NCBI GenBank assembly: GCA_049967655.1
Contig: JBMFSH010000042.1
Coordinates: 1-19,359, forward strand
Length of the DNA: 19,359 nucleotides
Source: Acidobacteriota bacterium
Lineage (GTDB): Bacteria > Acidobacteriota > UBA4820 > DSQY01
Direction: 5' to 3'
Both the position numbers and the translations under genes were made by a program. The notes under the pieces are model-generated. The model saw only the letters and a program-made list of their open reading frames with translations, made no database searches and was not told the DNA's origin. Within the stretch, counting starts at the first letter, position 1. Each line of letters begins with the position of its first letter. Shown here one piece after another: positions 1-8,375 of the stretch.

Positions 1-2585
1 GTGGCGGTGAAGTTCTTGCCCGTCTGGTTCGCCCCACTGATGGTCACCGCCAGGTTCGTCGGGCTGAAGGTATAGCCGGACTTGCTCGGCGTCACCGTGT
101 AGCTGCCGTTCGCCAGGCCGCTGAAGGTGTAGTTGCCCGAGGTGTCGGTGGTGGTGCTCGCGGTGGCCGCCCCGGTGAGGCTGATGGTCACTCCCGAAGC
201 CGTGGCGCCGGAGACGGTACCGGAGATGCTGTAGGTGGCCGGGGGCGTGCCGGCCGTGGGCGTGGCGCTCTGGACCGCGGAGAGGGCCCCGAAGCAGGAA
301 TTGCTCGAACCCACGCCGAGGACCGAGTAGTAATAGGTGACCCCCGGGGCGACCACGCTGTCCGTGTAGCTCGTGCCGCTGGTCACCGTGGCCAGGATCA
401 TCATGCCCGCCGAGGAGCCCATCTCGTTGCGCAGGACCAGGTACTTGGCGGCGCCGGAGGCGGCCGTCCAGGAGAGGCTCACGCTCCCCGATCCCGCCGT
501 CGTCGTCAGCGTCGGCTGGCCGATGGTTCCGCACGTGCTGGAATTGGTGTGGACCGTCGTCGAGCAGGCGATGGCGTGCCGGTTGAAGGCTGCGTAGATG
601 GCCGCGGCGTGAGGCGTGCCGTCGCTCAGGTTGCCGTTGTCGTCGTCGGCCGCCAGATAGGTCTGGAACCAGTTGCTCGTCCCACAGCCGTTGGCGGTGG
701 TGACGCTTGGGCAGCTGTAGGAGTCGCCGGAGGTCGGCCGGGTCAGGTAGAAGAGCCGGTCGGCAATGAACCAGGAGGTGTTCGCGTCGAAGCCCGCCGA
801 GGGCAGGTCGCGCGCGGCCAGGTCCCAGCCCACCTCGGACATGATGTAGGACTCGCAGTGACCCTCGTAGCCGCAGGGGCCCGGATAGCTGCTGTCCTTC
901 GAGCAGTGGTAGCCCGAGGTGGCCGCGAGCTGGGCGGGGGTGGCGGGCGAGGTGGAGTAGGAGTGTTTGGCGTAGTCCGCGTCCCTTATGCCCGTGCAGC
1001 TCGTGCAGGGGTTCCCGTAACCCGAGCAGTTCTGGCCCGGGATGAAGTTCAGGCCCAGGCAGGAGTTGTGCGTGGCCAGGATGCCGTTCAGGTCGCCGTA
1101 GGACTCGGAGGAGCCGACCGTGGAGGAGGGGCTCCCGTCGTTGGCGTCGAGGCCGTGGCCGATCTCGTGCAAGAAGACCGTGGGAAGCTCGCCCGTGTTG
1201 GAGCAGCCGCCGCCGGACTTGAAGAAGTTGACCGCGCTGCCGTCCCAGTAAGCGTTGCATGTCTGATTCAGGTTCACCTTGTCGCCCACCTGGCCCGTCA
1301 GCCAGGTGTTGGAGGGCAGCCACGCCATGGCCTTCTCTTTCCAAAGCGTGAGGTGCAGGTAGGTCGTGCGCGCCGCGTGGGTGTTGCCCGCGCCACCCAC
1401 GCCCGGCGTCGTGCAGTCGGTGCCGGAGGAGGTGCCAAGGTTCAGGTCCGCCGGGGCCGTCCCGCTCAGCGAGATGGAGCCGCACGAGTCGGTGACCTTC
1501 ACGTACTTGCCCGCAAGGGTGGTCGTCACGGTGCCGCTCGTCTGGGGGTAGACTCCGGCGGCATTGGCGTAGGTGCCCGTCGCCGAGTTGGCGAAGGGCA
1601 TGGGCCGGACCACCTCGGTGTCGAGGTTGGAGGTGATGTAGATGCCGCCCTGAATGGATCCGTAGTTGTTCGCGTCCACGAACTGCAAGACCTCGCCCGT
1701 GTGGGCGTCGATCTTCCCCATCCAGGTTCCCATCACCCCGGCCCGCCGGAAGGCGAGCGTGTACACCAGGTGATACTCCACGCCGCGTCCCGTCGGACCC
1801 TTGTACACCCCGTCGTCGCCACTGGGAGCCAGGGGAAGGATGCTCAGGCTCCCGGGGTTCACCCACTCGTCAGAGGGGTCCAGCCCTCCGGCGTAGGCCG
1901 CCAGAATCTGCTGCGCCGTCTCCACGTCGATGGAGGGCAGAGGGTCCAGTTCGATGGGCCCCAGGTATTCGCCGCCGAACTGGATAAGATTTCCGTTGTT
2001 CACGCGGAACACGACGTAGGAGCGCTCCACTGGGATTCCGTGGTAGGTTCGGTCGAGCTGCACGTACCAGAGGTATCCCCCATACTCTCCCGTCGAGATG
2101 GGGTTCACTTGCAGCTCCTGCGGGTCCACGCCGAACAGCTCCGCGTACTGGCGCATGAACTGGGCCGCCAGCCTCACCAGCGTGCCCCGCGTCACCTTGC
2201 CGTTCGCCCCCAACGACTCGCGCAAGTCCCGAAGCTGGAGGGCGTTCCCGCGACCGGGAACCCACGGCACCCCGGATCCCTGGGCCAGCGAGGGATACCC
2301 CGTCCGCCGGTCTATGGCCAGGCTCCAGGCGGTGCCGTTCTCGGACAGAAAACGGTCCCACCCCTCGATGAGGAGCCGCTGGCCGGGAGCGACCGTCGCC
2401 GACTCCTCCATCCGCAGCTCTTCTACGGGTACCACCGCCTGGGGAACCCGAACCCTCTCCGAGACCATGGTCAGATCGTCCAGGCCCCCCTGGCTCCTCT
2501 TGACGACCTGGGCCTGCGTGGTCAATCCGAGGAGGATGGCCAGCACGCCGACTACAGCAACCGTGACCCAGAGTTTCGACCGCAT
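1..2585 (-). CDS. Secreted thermolysin-like (M4/M36 gluzincin) zinc metalloprotease preproprotein with FN3-like and carboxypeptidase-regulatory-like (Ig-like) C-terminal domains; 3' end beyond window
   Basis: Manual translation from ATG 2585 (RBS GGGAGG upstream): MRSKLWVTVAVVGVLAILLGLTTQA signal peptide; FTP/PepSY-like propeptide (TYHGIPVE, IDAHTGEVL); CNAYWDG; HEIGH at 1155-1169; third ligand SESYGD near 1104; then VSLSWTAASGAAKYLVLR...YTDSVVAPGVTYYYSV (FN3) and YSISGTVSG...TTTDTSGNYTFSGLANGSYTVTPSK. No stop seen before base 1. Confidence 0.9.
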   Translation of the reverse strand, partial: MRSKLWVTVAVVGVLAILLGLTTQAQVVKRSQGGLDDLTMVSERVRVPQAVVPVEELRMEESATVAPGQRLLIEGWDRFLSENGTAWSLAIDRRTGYPSLAQGSGVPWVPGRGNALQLRDLRESLGANGKVTRGTLVRLAAQFMRQYAELFGVDPQELQVNPISTGEYGGYLWYVQLDRTYHGIPVERSYVVFRVNNGNLIQFGGEYLGPIELDPLPSIDVETAQQILAAYAGGLDPSDEWVNPGSLSILPLAPSGDDGVYKGPTGRGVEYHLVYTLAFRRAGVMGTWMGKIDAHTGEVLQFVDANNYGSIQGGIYITSNLDTEVVRPMPFANSATGTYANAAGVYPQTSGTVTTTLAGKYVKVTDSCGSISLSGTAPADLNLGTSSGTDCTTPGVGGAGNTHAARTTYLHLTLWKEKAMAWLPSNTWLTGQVGDKVNLNQTCNAYWDGSAVNFFKSGGGCSNTGELPTVFLHEIGHGLDANDGSPSSTVGSSESYGDLNGILATHNSCLGLNFIPGQNCSGYGNPCTSCTGIRDADYAKHSYSTSPATPAQLAATSGYHCSKDSSYPGPCGYEGHCESYIMSEVGWDLAARDLPSAGFDANTSWFIADRLFYLTRPTSGDSYSCPSVTTANGCGTSNWFQTYLAADDDNGNLSDGTPHAAAIYAAFNRHAIACSTTVHTNSSTCGTIGQPTLTTTAGSGSVSLSWTAASGAAKYLVLRNEMGSSAGMMILATVTSGTSYTDSVVAPGVTYYYSVLGVGSSNSCFGALSAVQSATPTAGTPPATYSISGTVSGATASGVTISLTGAATASTTTDTSGNYTFSGLANGSYTVTPSKSGYTFSPTNLAVTISGANQTGKNFTA

Positions 2586-2783
2586 CACCCTTCACCTCCC
2601 TGCCATGTCTCTGTCCAAAACTGCCTGCGGAAAACCATCACTCCCCGGCCCCCTCCACCCGCCGATTTCGCCAAGGAACCCGCACTGCGGGGACGGTCTC
2701 AACGGGGGTTTTACCGCCGGCGCTCCCGCTGGACGCGCCGGAACAACTCCTGCTTGTTATGTGTAGGGAAAGCCTAAGAGAAG

Positions 2784-2818
2784 CCGCGCCGGGAGGGATG
2801 CAGCCCTCCCCGGCGCGG
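2784..2818 (-). terminator. GC-rich hairpin, probable intrinsic terminator of the 2819-3196 ORF
   Basis: 14-bp stem with one bulge (CCGCGCCGGGAGGG / CCCTCCCCGGCGCGG) immediately after the TGA, followed on the minus strand by CTTCTCTT. Confidence 0.65.
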
Positions 2819-3196
2819 TCAGACTTGGCGTTGCTTCTTGAAGATGCGGCGCCGCATGGTATTGCCCTGGGCCTGCACCCATGCGAAGAAGGAGCGGTCG
2901 GTTCGCATCAGGCGGTCCGAGCGGCGTGCCGGTGGGCGGAAGAAGAGGGCGGGGGACTCCCCGCAGATCTGCTCCCTGCGGATGGTGTGGCTACTCCGAC
3001 CGCACCGGATGGCGCAGCCGTGGTCCTCGGCCCGTTTGTCCCAATTTCCCCCACCCGAGAACCGGGCTCCCTGGACCACCGAAGCGGAGAGACAGAGCCA
3101 GCGAGGGGCTCGACGCAACGCGGGAGCCAGGGCAGATAACCCCAGCAGACCGATGAGAAAAATCATCGTGAGGCGGCGAAGCATTCGAACCGTCAT
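2819..3196 (-). CDS. Small basic hypothetical protein (125 aa) with N-terminal signal-like hydrophobic segment
   Basis: MTVRMLRRLTMIFLIGLLGLSALAPA...; high third-position GC in the 3' half; flanked by a sigma54-like promoter and a terminator hairpin. No recognisable family. Confidence 0.5.
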   Translation of the reverse strand: MTVRMLRRLTMIFLIGLLGLSALAPALRRAPRWLCLSASVVQGARFSGGGNWDKRAEDHGCAIRCGRSSHTIRREQICGESPALFFRPPARRSDRLMRTDRSFFAWVQAQGNTMRRRIFKKQRQV

Positions 3197-3246
3197 GGAC
3201 CCCAATCCCACCCCTTTGGAACGTGCGGATGTGAAGAGGAATTTTA

Positions 3247-3262
3247 AGCAATTTCTATGCCC
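3247..3262 (-). promoter_or_regulatory. Putative sigma54 (-24/-12) promoter
   Basis: GGGCATAGAAATTGCT vs consensus TGGCAC-N5-TTGCW, with exact GG-N10-GC spacing, inside an AT-rich patch. Confidence 0.6.
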
Positions 3263-3437
3263 TCTGGCCACCCCTTTCTACTCTGCTGATAATACTTAAC
3301 TTCTCGCATCATGAACGGCGAGACTTCGGCCACGCTATCGTGTACCTAGTAATCGTCTCATTTATCCAAGGGGCCAATCTATGTTGTACTACGCTGAAAT
3401 TACTTCGCTTTTACCGCGGCGACGACGTATCCAGCTA

Positions 3438-3458
3438 AGTGTGATCGCCCTTCACACT
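3438..3458. promoter_or_regulatory. Palindromic putative transcription-factor site
   Basis: AGTGTGA-N7-TCACACT, perfect 7-bp inverted repeat in the divergent intergenic region. Confidence 0.35.
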
Positions 3459-3722
3459 CTTGGGCCCTCCTCCGATGCGTTCCCGCCACACTTGAAGTGC
3501 CTCTCCCCGGCCGCTCGGTCGTCGTGCCCGATCCAGCGCGCCGCGCGAGGAGAGTCTCCGAGTCCCTTTACAGCGAGGTGCGCTGGGAACGCCCCGCTCC
3601 GGAACGTGGACCTCCCGCCACTGACGGCACCAGAGCCCCTTGCGAGCCAACCCCCTCGGGCGCTAGAGTGATTTCCCCGTGGCGGACGCAGGCACTCGGG
3701 AATTCCTGACAGGAGCGCGAGG

Positions 3723-4214
3723 ATGGCGGAGGCGCGGCAGGTCCAAGGAGAGCTTGTGCTCCTGATCCTTTCGGGGGATATGGAGAAGGGGCTGGCGGCT
3801 TGCAACCTGGCTGTCGCGGCCCTCGCGGCGGACCGTCCCGTATCCCTCTTCTTCAGCTTCTGGGGCCTCAACTTCTTGAAGGAGCGCAAACGCCGAGCGG
3901 GCGGCCCCCTGCTTTCTCGCCTGTTGGGATGGATCAACCGGGACCACGCGGCGAGCCAGCGCCTCGGACGCTTCCACCTGGGGGGGGCGGGGCGGTGGGC
4001 CCTGCTCCGACTCATGCGGCGCCACCGCGTCCCCTCCTTCCGGGAGAGCCTGGAGATGGCTCACCAGATGGGGGCCCGCGTCATCGCCTGTTCCACCACC
4101 CTCGGCCTCATGGGCCTGAGCCGGGACGACCTCATCCCCGAAGTGGACGAAATCGCGGGTGCCATGGCTTTCCTAGACCGCGCCAGAGGCGGGCAGGCGC
4201 TCTGCATTTCGTAG
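3723..4214 (+). CDS. DsrE/DsrF/DrsH-like (DsrE2-type) sulfur-carrier protein
   Basis: SGDMEK, LFFSFWGLNFLK, FHLGGAG, GARVIACSTTLGLMG with the conserved Cys, AGAMAFL. Confidence 0.85.
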   Translation: MAEARQVQGELVLLILSGDMEKGLAACNLAVAALAADRPVSLFFSFWGLNFLKERKRRAGGPLLSRLLGWINRDHAASQRLGRFHLGGAGRWALLRLMRRHRVPSFRESLEMAHQMGARVIACSTTLGLMGLSRDDLIPEVDEIAGAMAFLDRARGGQALCIS

Positions 4215-4286
4215 GGGTGGTGGACCGCCGCGAAGCCGCCTGGCCATAGCCTCCCAAGCCGAGTGGAAGGCTTCGCCGCTTCTCCC

Positions 4287-5078
4287 TTAGGCCACGCCGT
4301 TCCTCACGGAGAGGCCTCTTCTGACCAGTTCGCGAATGACGGCGCCGTAGGCGGTCCCCACGTCCTCCGGACGATGCGCGTCCGAGGAGAGTACCACCTC
4401 GCTGCCCCCCAACCGCCGATAGAGGTCCAGGATGGCCCAGCCCGGGTAGGGTTCGTTGAAACCGACCCTGTAGGAGCCCGTGTTGACCTCCAGGAAGACG
4501 CCGAAGTCCAGGCAGGCCGAGAGTGCGGAGCGGATCTCCTTGCCGTAGTGGCGCAGCCAGAACTCCCCCGTGAGATCCGGGCCGCGCCGGCTGTAGCGCT
4601 TGGGGAAGTCGAGGTGACCGAGACAGTCGTAGAGGTTCGACTCCACCCCCTGAAGGCAGGCCTTGAAGTAGCCGCCCAGGCACTCCTCGAGCGGGATCCC
4701 CTCCCCTTCCACCCGAGCCACGTAGTTGGAGATCTCTTCCCGCCCCACGTGATGGACGGCGCCGATGACCCAGTGGTAACGCCTGGCGTGAAGGAACTCC
4801 CTGATCTCCGGCAGGCGGCGCTGCTGGTGGCTGATCTCGGCTCCGAAGCGGATCTTCAGATCGGGTGTGAGGCTCTGGCTCTCGTCCCAGGCCGCCCGTG
4901 CCGAGTCGTAGTGGTACTCCCCGAAGCCGGGGTCCATGGGATCGAACTCCACGTGGTCCGTGACGACGAACCCGCCCACCCCGACGCGACGAGCCGCCGA
5001 GACCAGCTCCTCCAGGGAGGAATCGCTGTCCCAGGAAAACCTGCTGTGGACGTGATGGTCGTAGAAGGCCTCATACAT
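4287..5078 (-). CDS. PHP-domain histidinol-phosphatase (HisJ family)
   Basis: DHHVHSRFSWDS, TDH, GAE, IGAVH, GHLDFPKRY, LEVNTGS, SSDAH metal-binding motifs. Confidence 0.88.
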   Translation of the reverse strand: MYEAFYDHHVHSRFSWDSDSSLEELVSAARRVGVGGFVVTDHVEFDPMDPGFGEYHYDSARAAWDESQSLTPDLKIRFGAEISHQQRRLPEIREFLHARRYHWVIGAVHHVGREEISNYVARVEGEGIPLEECLGGYFKACLQGVESNLYDCLGHLDFPKRYSRRGPDLTGEFWLRHYGKEIRSALSACLDFGVFLEVNTGSYRVGFNEPYPGWAILDLYRRLGGSEVVLSSDAHRPEDVGTAYGAVIRELVRRGLSVRNGVA

Positions 5079-5084
5079 GGCGCC

Positions 5085-5090
5085 AGTATA
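5085..5090 (-). promoter_or_regulatory. -10 element (TATACT) 6 nt before the PHP start codon
   Basis: TATACT-GGCGCC-ATG with no Shine-Dalgarno between. Confidence 0.55.
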
Positions 5091-5185
5091 AGGCGGGGCG
5101 AGCCAGTCGGGAAGATGGTTGCCGCCGGCTGGCGGCCGAAGGGCCCGGCGGCGGCGGGGCTACAGCCAGCTCTCCTCCCTCCGCA

Positions 5186-5220
5186 CGCTTTGCGTCTCGC
5201 GCCTGGCGTCTAGCGTTTCT
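5186..5220. repeat. Degenerate heptamer tandem repeat (5 units)
   Basis: CGCTTTG CGTCTCG CGCCTGG CGTCTAG CGTTTCT, 10 nt past the OPT stop. Confidence 0.5.
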
Positions 5221-5230
5221 CCCCCCCGCC

Positions 5231-7882
5231 TCACATGAACTTGAAGGCCACGAGGATGGCCACCGCAATGCCCATGAGGCTCTCTCCGGCAATGATCCCC
5301 GAGGCCACGGGAATGGTGTACTGATCGGCCGTCTTGGGCGAACGCTTCTCCACGATCCAGGCCATGAGGGCCCCCAGGAACATGCTGACGGAGTTGAAGG
5401 CCGGGATCACGAGGGCGATGCCCATGCCGGTGGGCGAGGGCATGAAGTTCCGGCTCTTGGGCCAGCGCTTCTCGGCCACGGTGATGACGATCCCGAGCAG
5501 GCCGCCCACGAGCAGGGCCCACCGGGCCGAGGGCGGCAGGGCCGAGATGCCGTGGGAGAGCAGGAGCGCCACGCCCGCCCACACCTGCGCCGCCGGGGCG
5601 GGGAGCTTGTCGGTCCCGATGACGCTCGGGTTGGGCACCAGGATGTTGTAGACCGGCACGCAGATCACGGCCCCCAGCACGGCGCCCAGGACCATGACGA
5701 AAAACTGCTTGCGCGGGCTGGCTCCCACCTTGTAGCCGCACTTCAGGGCCTGGAGGAGGTCCGCCGAGGAGGTGGCGGCGCCGCCCGTGACGTTGGCCGT
5801 CATGAGGTTGGTGACCATGTTGCCCGGGGCGATGGCCCCGTACATGAGCTGGGTGATCTTCCCCATGGCCCCCACGGGGGTGATGTCCGTCTCGCCCGTA
5901 GCCCGGCACGCCACGATGGCCAGGAAGAAGGACATGAGCACCGCGAGGATACCCATCCACCAATGGATGTGGAAGAGGCTCACCTGCAGGAAGACCGCCA
6001 GGGCGCCCACGCCGACCAGCCCCATGGCGAACCAGGAACCGGGCACCTCCACGGCCGCCAGGGGATCGGCCGCCCCCGACTCCTCTGCCTTCTTCTTGCC
6101 GAACATGGCCGTCAGCCCCGAGAAAGCCCGCACGATAGTGCGCCACTGGAAGAAGAAGGAGAGCAGCCCCGCGGTCACCATCATGGCCACCCCCGGCCAC
6201 ATGAGCCAGTGGACCATGTTGGCGTAGCCGCCGTAGCGTTCGGTCCGTGACTGCCCGGGTTCGAAGCCGAAGCGGTCCGCACCCGGCCCCTTGGCCACGG
6301 CGAGGGAGCTGTCCCACTGACGGGCGTGCTCCAGTTCAGCCGTGAGGTGGCCGCGCACCATGCCGAAGCGGATGAGGCCGAAAAACGGATTCGGTGTCCC
6401 CTCGGCCGTGGTGGCGCCGTTGAGCGCCGCCAGCAGGGCCGCTTGGTCCTGGAAAAGCGTCCCGGCCGCGAAGCTCCGGGACACGGGGGTAAGGGCCGCC
6501 GTCCCCTCGGGCCCGGAGGCTCGGCCGGCCTCGAAAGCGAGGGTGGTTCCGGCGGGCACCTCCAGAGGGAAGCGAAGCACCCGCCCGCTGAGCCCGGGAT
6601 CAAATCCCAGGGCGGGCTCCTTCACGCCGGGCGCGACCGCCAGCACCGTCGTCACCGGAGGATTCCCCACCAGCCTGGCCAGAAGGTGGTTCTTGCTCGG
6701 GTCCACCTCGAAGGAGACGGCCCCCTTGAACGGGTTGGGCGCCCCGTCGGGCAGGGTCGCCGCGTTCAGCGCGGCTTCCAGGGCCTCCCGGTTCTTGTAG
6801 ACCGCTTCCGAGGTCCATCTCCTTTCGAGCAGGCTCGGGGCTTGGCCCTGCGGCTCGATGCGGAGGGCCAGCACACCGCCCGCCGGAACGGTCACGGGGA
6901 AGTAGAGCTCCTGCGAGGAGTAGAGCTCCGCCGTGGGTCCGAACCCCTCCGCCGCCCGGACCACGGGCGCCGGGTGTTCGATGTCGCCCCTGCGGATGAG
7001 CCACGGCCCCAGGGCACCATAGCCCAGCAGGGCCGCCAGCAGAAGGCTGATACCCACGCGGATGCCCATGATGGCGCCGGCCCCCACCATGATCAGGCTG
7101 CCCTCGAAGGAGATGGTCAGCCGGGAGAGGGGCATGCCCAGGATGGACCAGGAGGAGGGGATGAAGGTGGCGGGGATGGAGGGGAGAAAGCGCTTCCACT
7201 GCCAGGTGCCCCACTCCTTGACCACGTGCCCCTTGACGAACCGCGGGATGCCCAGCACGCCGTCCCTCGACCAGGCCACCACCAGCCCCAGCCCCATGGC
7301 CCCGAAGAGGGCCCTGGCCTTGCCGATGGCCTCGGTGCCGGCCTCGTGGATGCCCTTGAGCACCTCGGCCGTGGCCGTCCCCGTGGGGAACTTCAGGTTC
7401 TCCACGTTGATCATCTGGCGCTTCATGGGGATGGCCATGAAGATCCCGAGCAGCAGGATGGTCATGATCCAGAGCATGAGCTGCCAGGCGGGCAGGACCT
7501 GGCCCGAGACCATCATGAGCGCTGGGATGGCCGACACGAGTCCGGCGGAGGAGGTGTCCGCGCAGGCCGCGGCCATCGTCTGCAGGGTGTTGTTTTCGAG
7601 GAGGCTCAGGTCCCGCCTGACCAGGAAGGGCAGCACCGTCCGCACGGCCTTGAAGACGGCGAAGGCCATGATGGCGGCCGTGATGGTGACGCCCAGGCCC
7701 CAGCCGGTCTTGAAGCCCACGTACAGGTTGGAGAGGGAGAGGATGGCGCCGATGAAGACCCCCAGGATGAGGGTCCGGACGGTGACTTCGGGCTGTTTAC
7801 CGCCCTGGTACACCGTCTCCAGCCACTCCCGTTCGCGCTGCTCTATTTCAGCCTGGCTTCCAGCCGCGGGCTTCTCGTCCAT
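5231..7882 (-). CDS. OPT-family oligopeptide transporter (883 aa) with large internal tandem-repeat insertion
   Basis: NLYVGFKTGW, LENNTLQT, LKFPTGTATAEVL, RATGETDITPVGAMGKITQ, ADLLQALKCG, PAPAAQVW, ASGIIAGESL. Start set at ATG 7882 (MDEKP) after RBS AAGGAGG, rather than 7969. Confidence 0.93.
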   Translation of the reverse strand: MDEKPAAGSQAEIEQREREWLETVYQGGKQPEVTVRTLILGVFIGAILSLSNLYVGFKTGWGLGVTITAAIMAFAVFKAVRTVLPFLVRRDLSLLENNTLQTMAAACADTSSAGLVSAIPALMMVSGQVLPAWQLMLWIMTILLLGIFMAIPMKRQMINVENLKFPTGTATAEVLKGIHEAGTEAIGKARALFGAMGLGLVVAWSRDGVLGIPRFVKGHVVKEWGTWQWKRFLPSIPATFIPSSWSILGMPLSRLTISFEGSLIMVGAGAIMGIRVGISLLLAALLGYGALGPWLIRRGDIEHPAPVVRAAEGFGPTAELYSSQELYFPVTVPAGGVLALRIEPQGQAPSLLERRWTSEAVYKNREALEAALNAATLPDGAPNPFKGAVSFEVDPSKNHLLARLVGNPPVTTVLAVAPGVKEPALGFDPGLSGRVLRFPLEVPAGTTLAFEAGRASGPEGTAALTPVSRSFAAGTLFQDQAALLAALNGATTAEGTPNPFFGLIRFGMVRGHLTAELEHARQWDSSLAVAKGPGADRFGFEPGQSRTERYGGYANMVHWLMWPGVAMMVTAGLLSFFFQWRTIVRAFSGLTAMFGKKKAEESGAADPLAAVEVPGSWFAMGLVGVGALAVFLQVSLFHIHWWMGILAVLMSFFLAIVACRATGETDITPVGAMGKITQLMYGAIAPGNMVTNLMTANVTGGAATSSADLLQALKCGYKVGASPRKQFFVMVLGAVLGAVICVPVYNILVPNPSVIGTDKLPAPAAQVWAGVALLLSHGISALPPSARWALLVGGLLGIVITVAEKRWPKSRNFMPSPTGMGIALVIPAFNSVSMFLGALMAWIVEKRSPKTADQYTIPVASGIIAGESLMGIAVAILVAFKFM

Positions 7883-8037
7883 GGACTCCCCTCCTTGCGC
7901 GTTCCGCCGGGTACGAAGCCCCATGATAACCGCAAGAGGGCGGAAGCGGAATTGGGAGAGAAGCCCCAACCCCGCGATGGGACGAGGGAAAGAACATGGA
8001 AATCAGGCGGGGCAAGCCATTGCAGGGGAGACATCCT

Positions 8038-8124
8038 GCGGGCTCCCTCGAAGGGCCGCCCTCGAAGGATCTCAAGGGTGGAAGATGGCCGGGCCTCGCC
8101 TGAGATTCTTCCCAGGGAGCCCGC
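8038..8124. other. Nested inverted repeats (possible structured RNA or repeat element)
   Basis: GCGGGCTCCCT (8038-8048) pairs perfectly with AGGGAGCCCGC (8114-8124); inner AAGGATCTCA/TGAGATTCTT; CCCTCGAAGG occurs twice. Confidence 0.4.
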
Positions 8125-8210
8125 TAGGGCAGCCCTCGGGATAACAGAGAAGGACGGTTGGGGAGGCGATGGGATTCCAAATCAAGGCGTCTCTCCCGTC
8201 CGCCCCCTCC

Positions 8211-8252
8211 TGTCCCCTGTCCCCTGTCCCTTGTCCCTTGTCCCCTGCCCCC
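8211..8252. repeat. Heptamer tandem repeat TGTCCC(C/T) x6
   Basis: TGTCCCC TGTCCCC TGTCCCT TGTCCCT TGTCCCC TGCCCCC. Confidence 0.9.
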
Positions 8253-8310
8253 CCGACCGCCCACAGGGAAGCCCCGACGCAACGCGACCTCAGGAGAGGC
8301 CTCATACATC

Positions 8311-8349
8311 ACTCAAAGGGGAGGGACCCGAAGGCCCCTCCCCTGGAGT
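8311..8349 (-). terminator. Hairpin downstream of the tricorn gene
   Basis: Minus strand AGGGGAGGGGCC-TTCG-GGTCCCTCCCCT: C(UUCG)G tetraloop and a G-U pair fix the strand; U-tract is short. Confidence 0.65.
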
Positions 8350-8375
8350 TCAACCGAAGCTTTCGTCCCGGCGGG

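Noticed and set aside
549..2777. 742-aa plus-strand ORF
   Set aside because: Antisense shadow of the metalloprotease; no motifs.
2838..3299. 153-aa plus-strand ORF
   Set aside because: Antisense to the ORF that has promoter, signal-like segment and terminator support.
3438..3458. Canonical CRP site
   Set aside because: The spacer between TGTGA and TCACA is 7 nt rather than 6; kept only as a generic palindrome.
3381..3709. Small ORFs upstream of the DsrE gene as a TusA partner
   Set aside because: No CPxP motif in a TusA-like context or other recognisable family, and no consistent coding signal.
7883..7969. Upstream ORF-track starts for OPT (7969), fumC (13611) and the Cys-rich gene (17036)
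   Set aside because: Downstream ATGs have clear SD sequences and more plausible N-termini.
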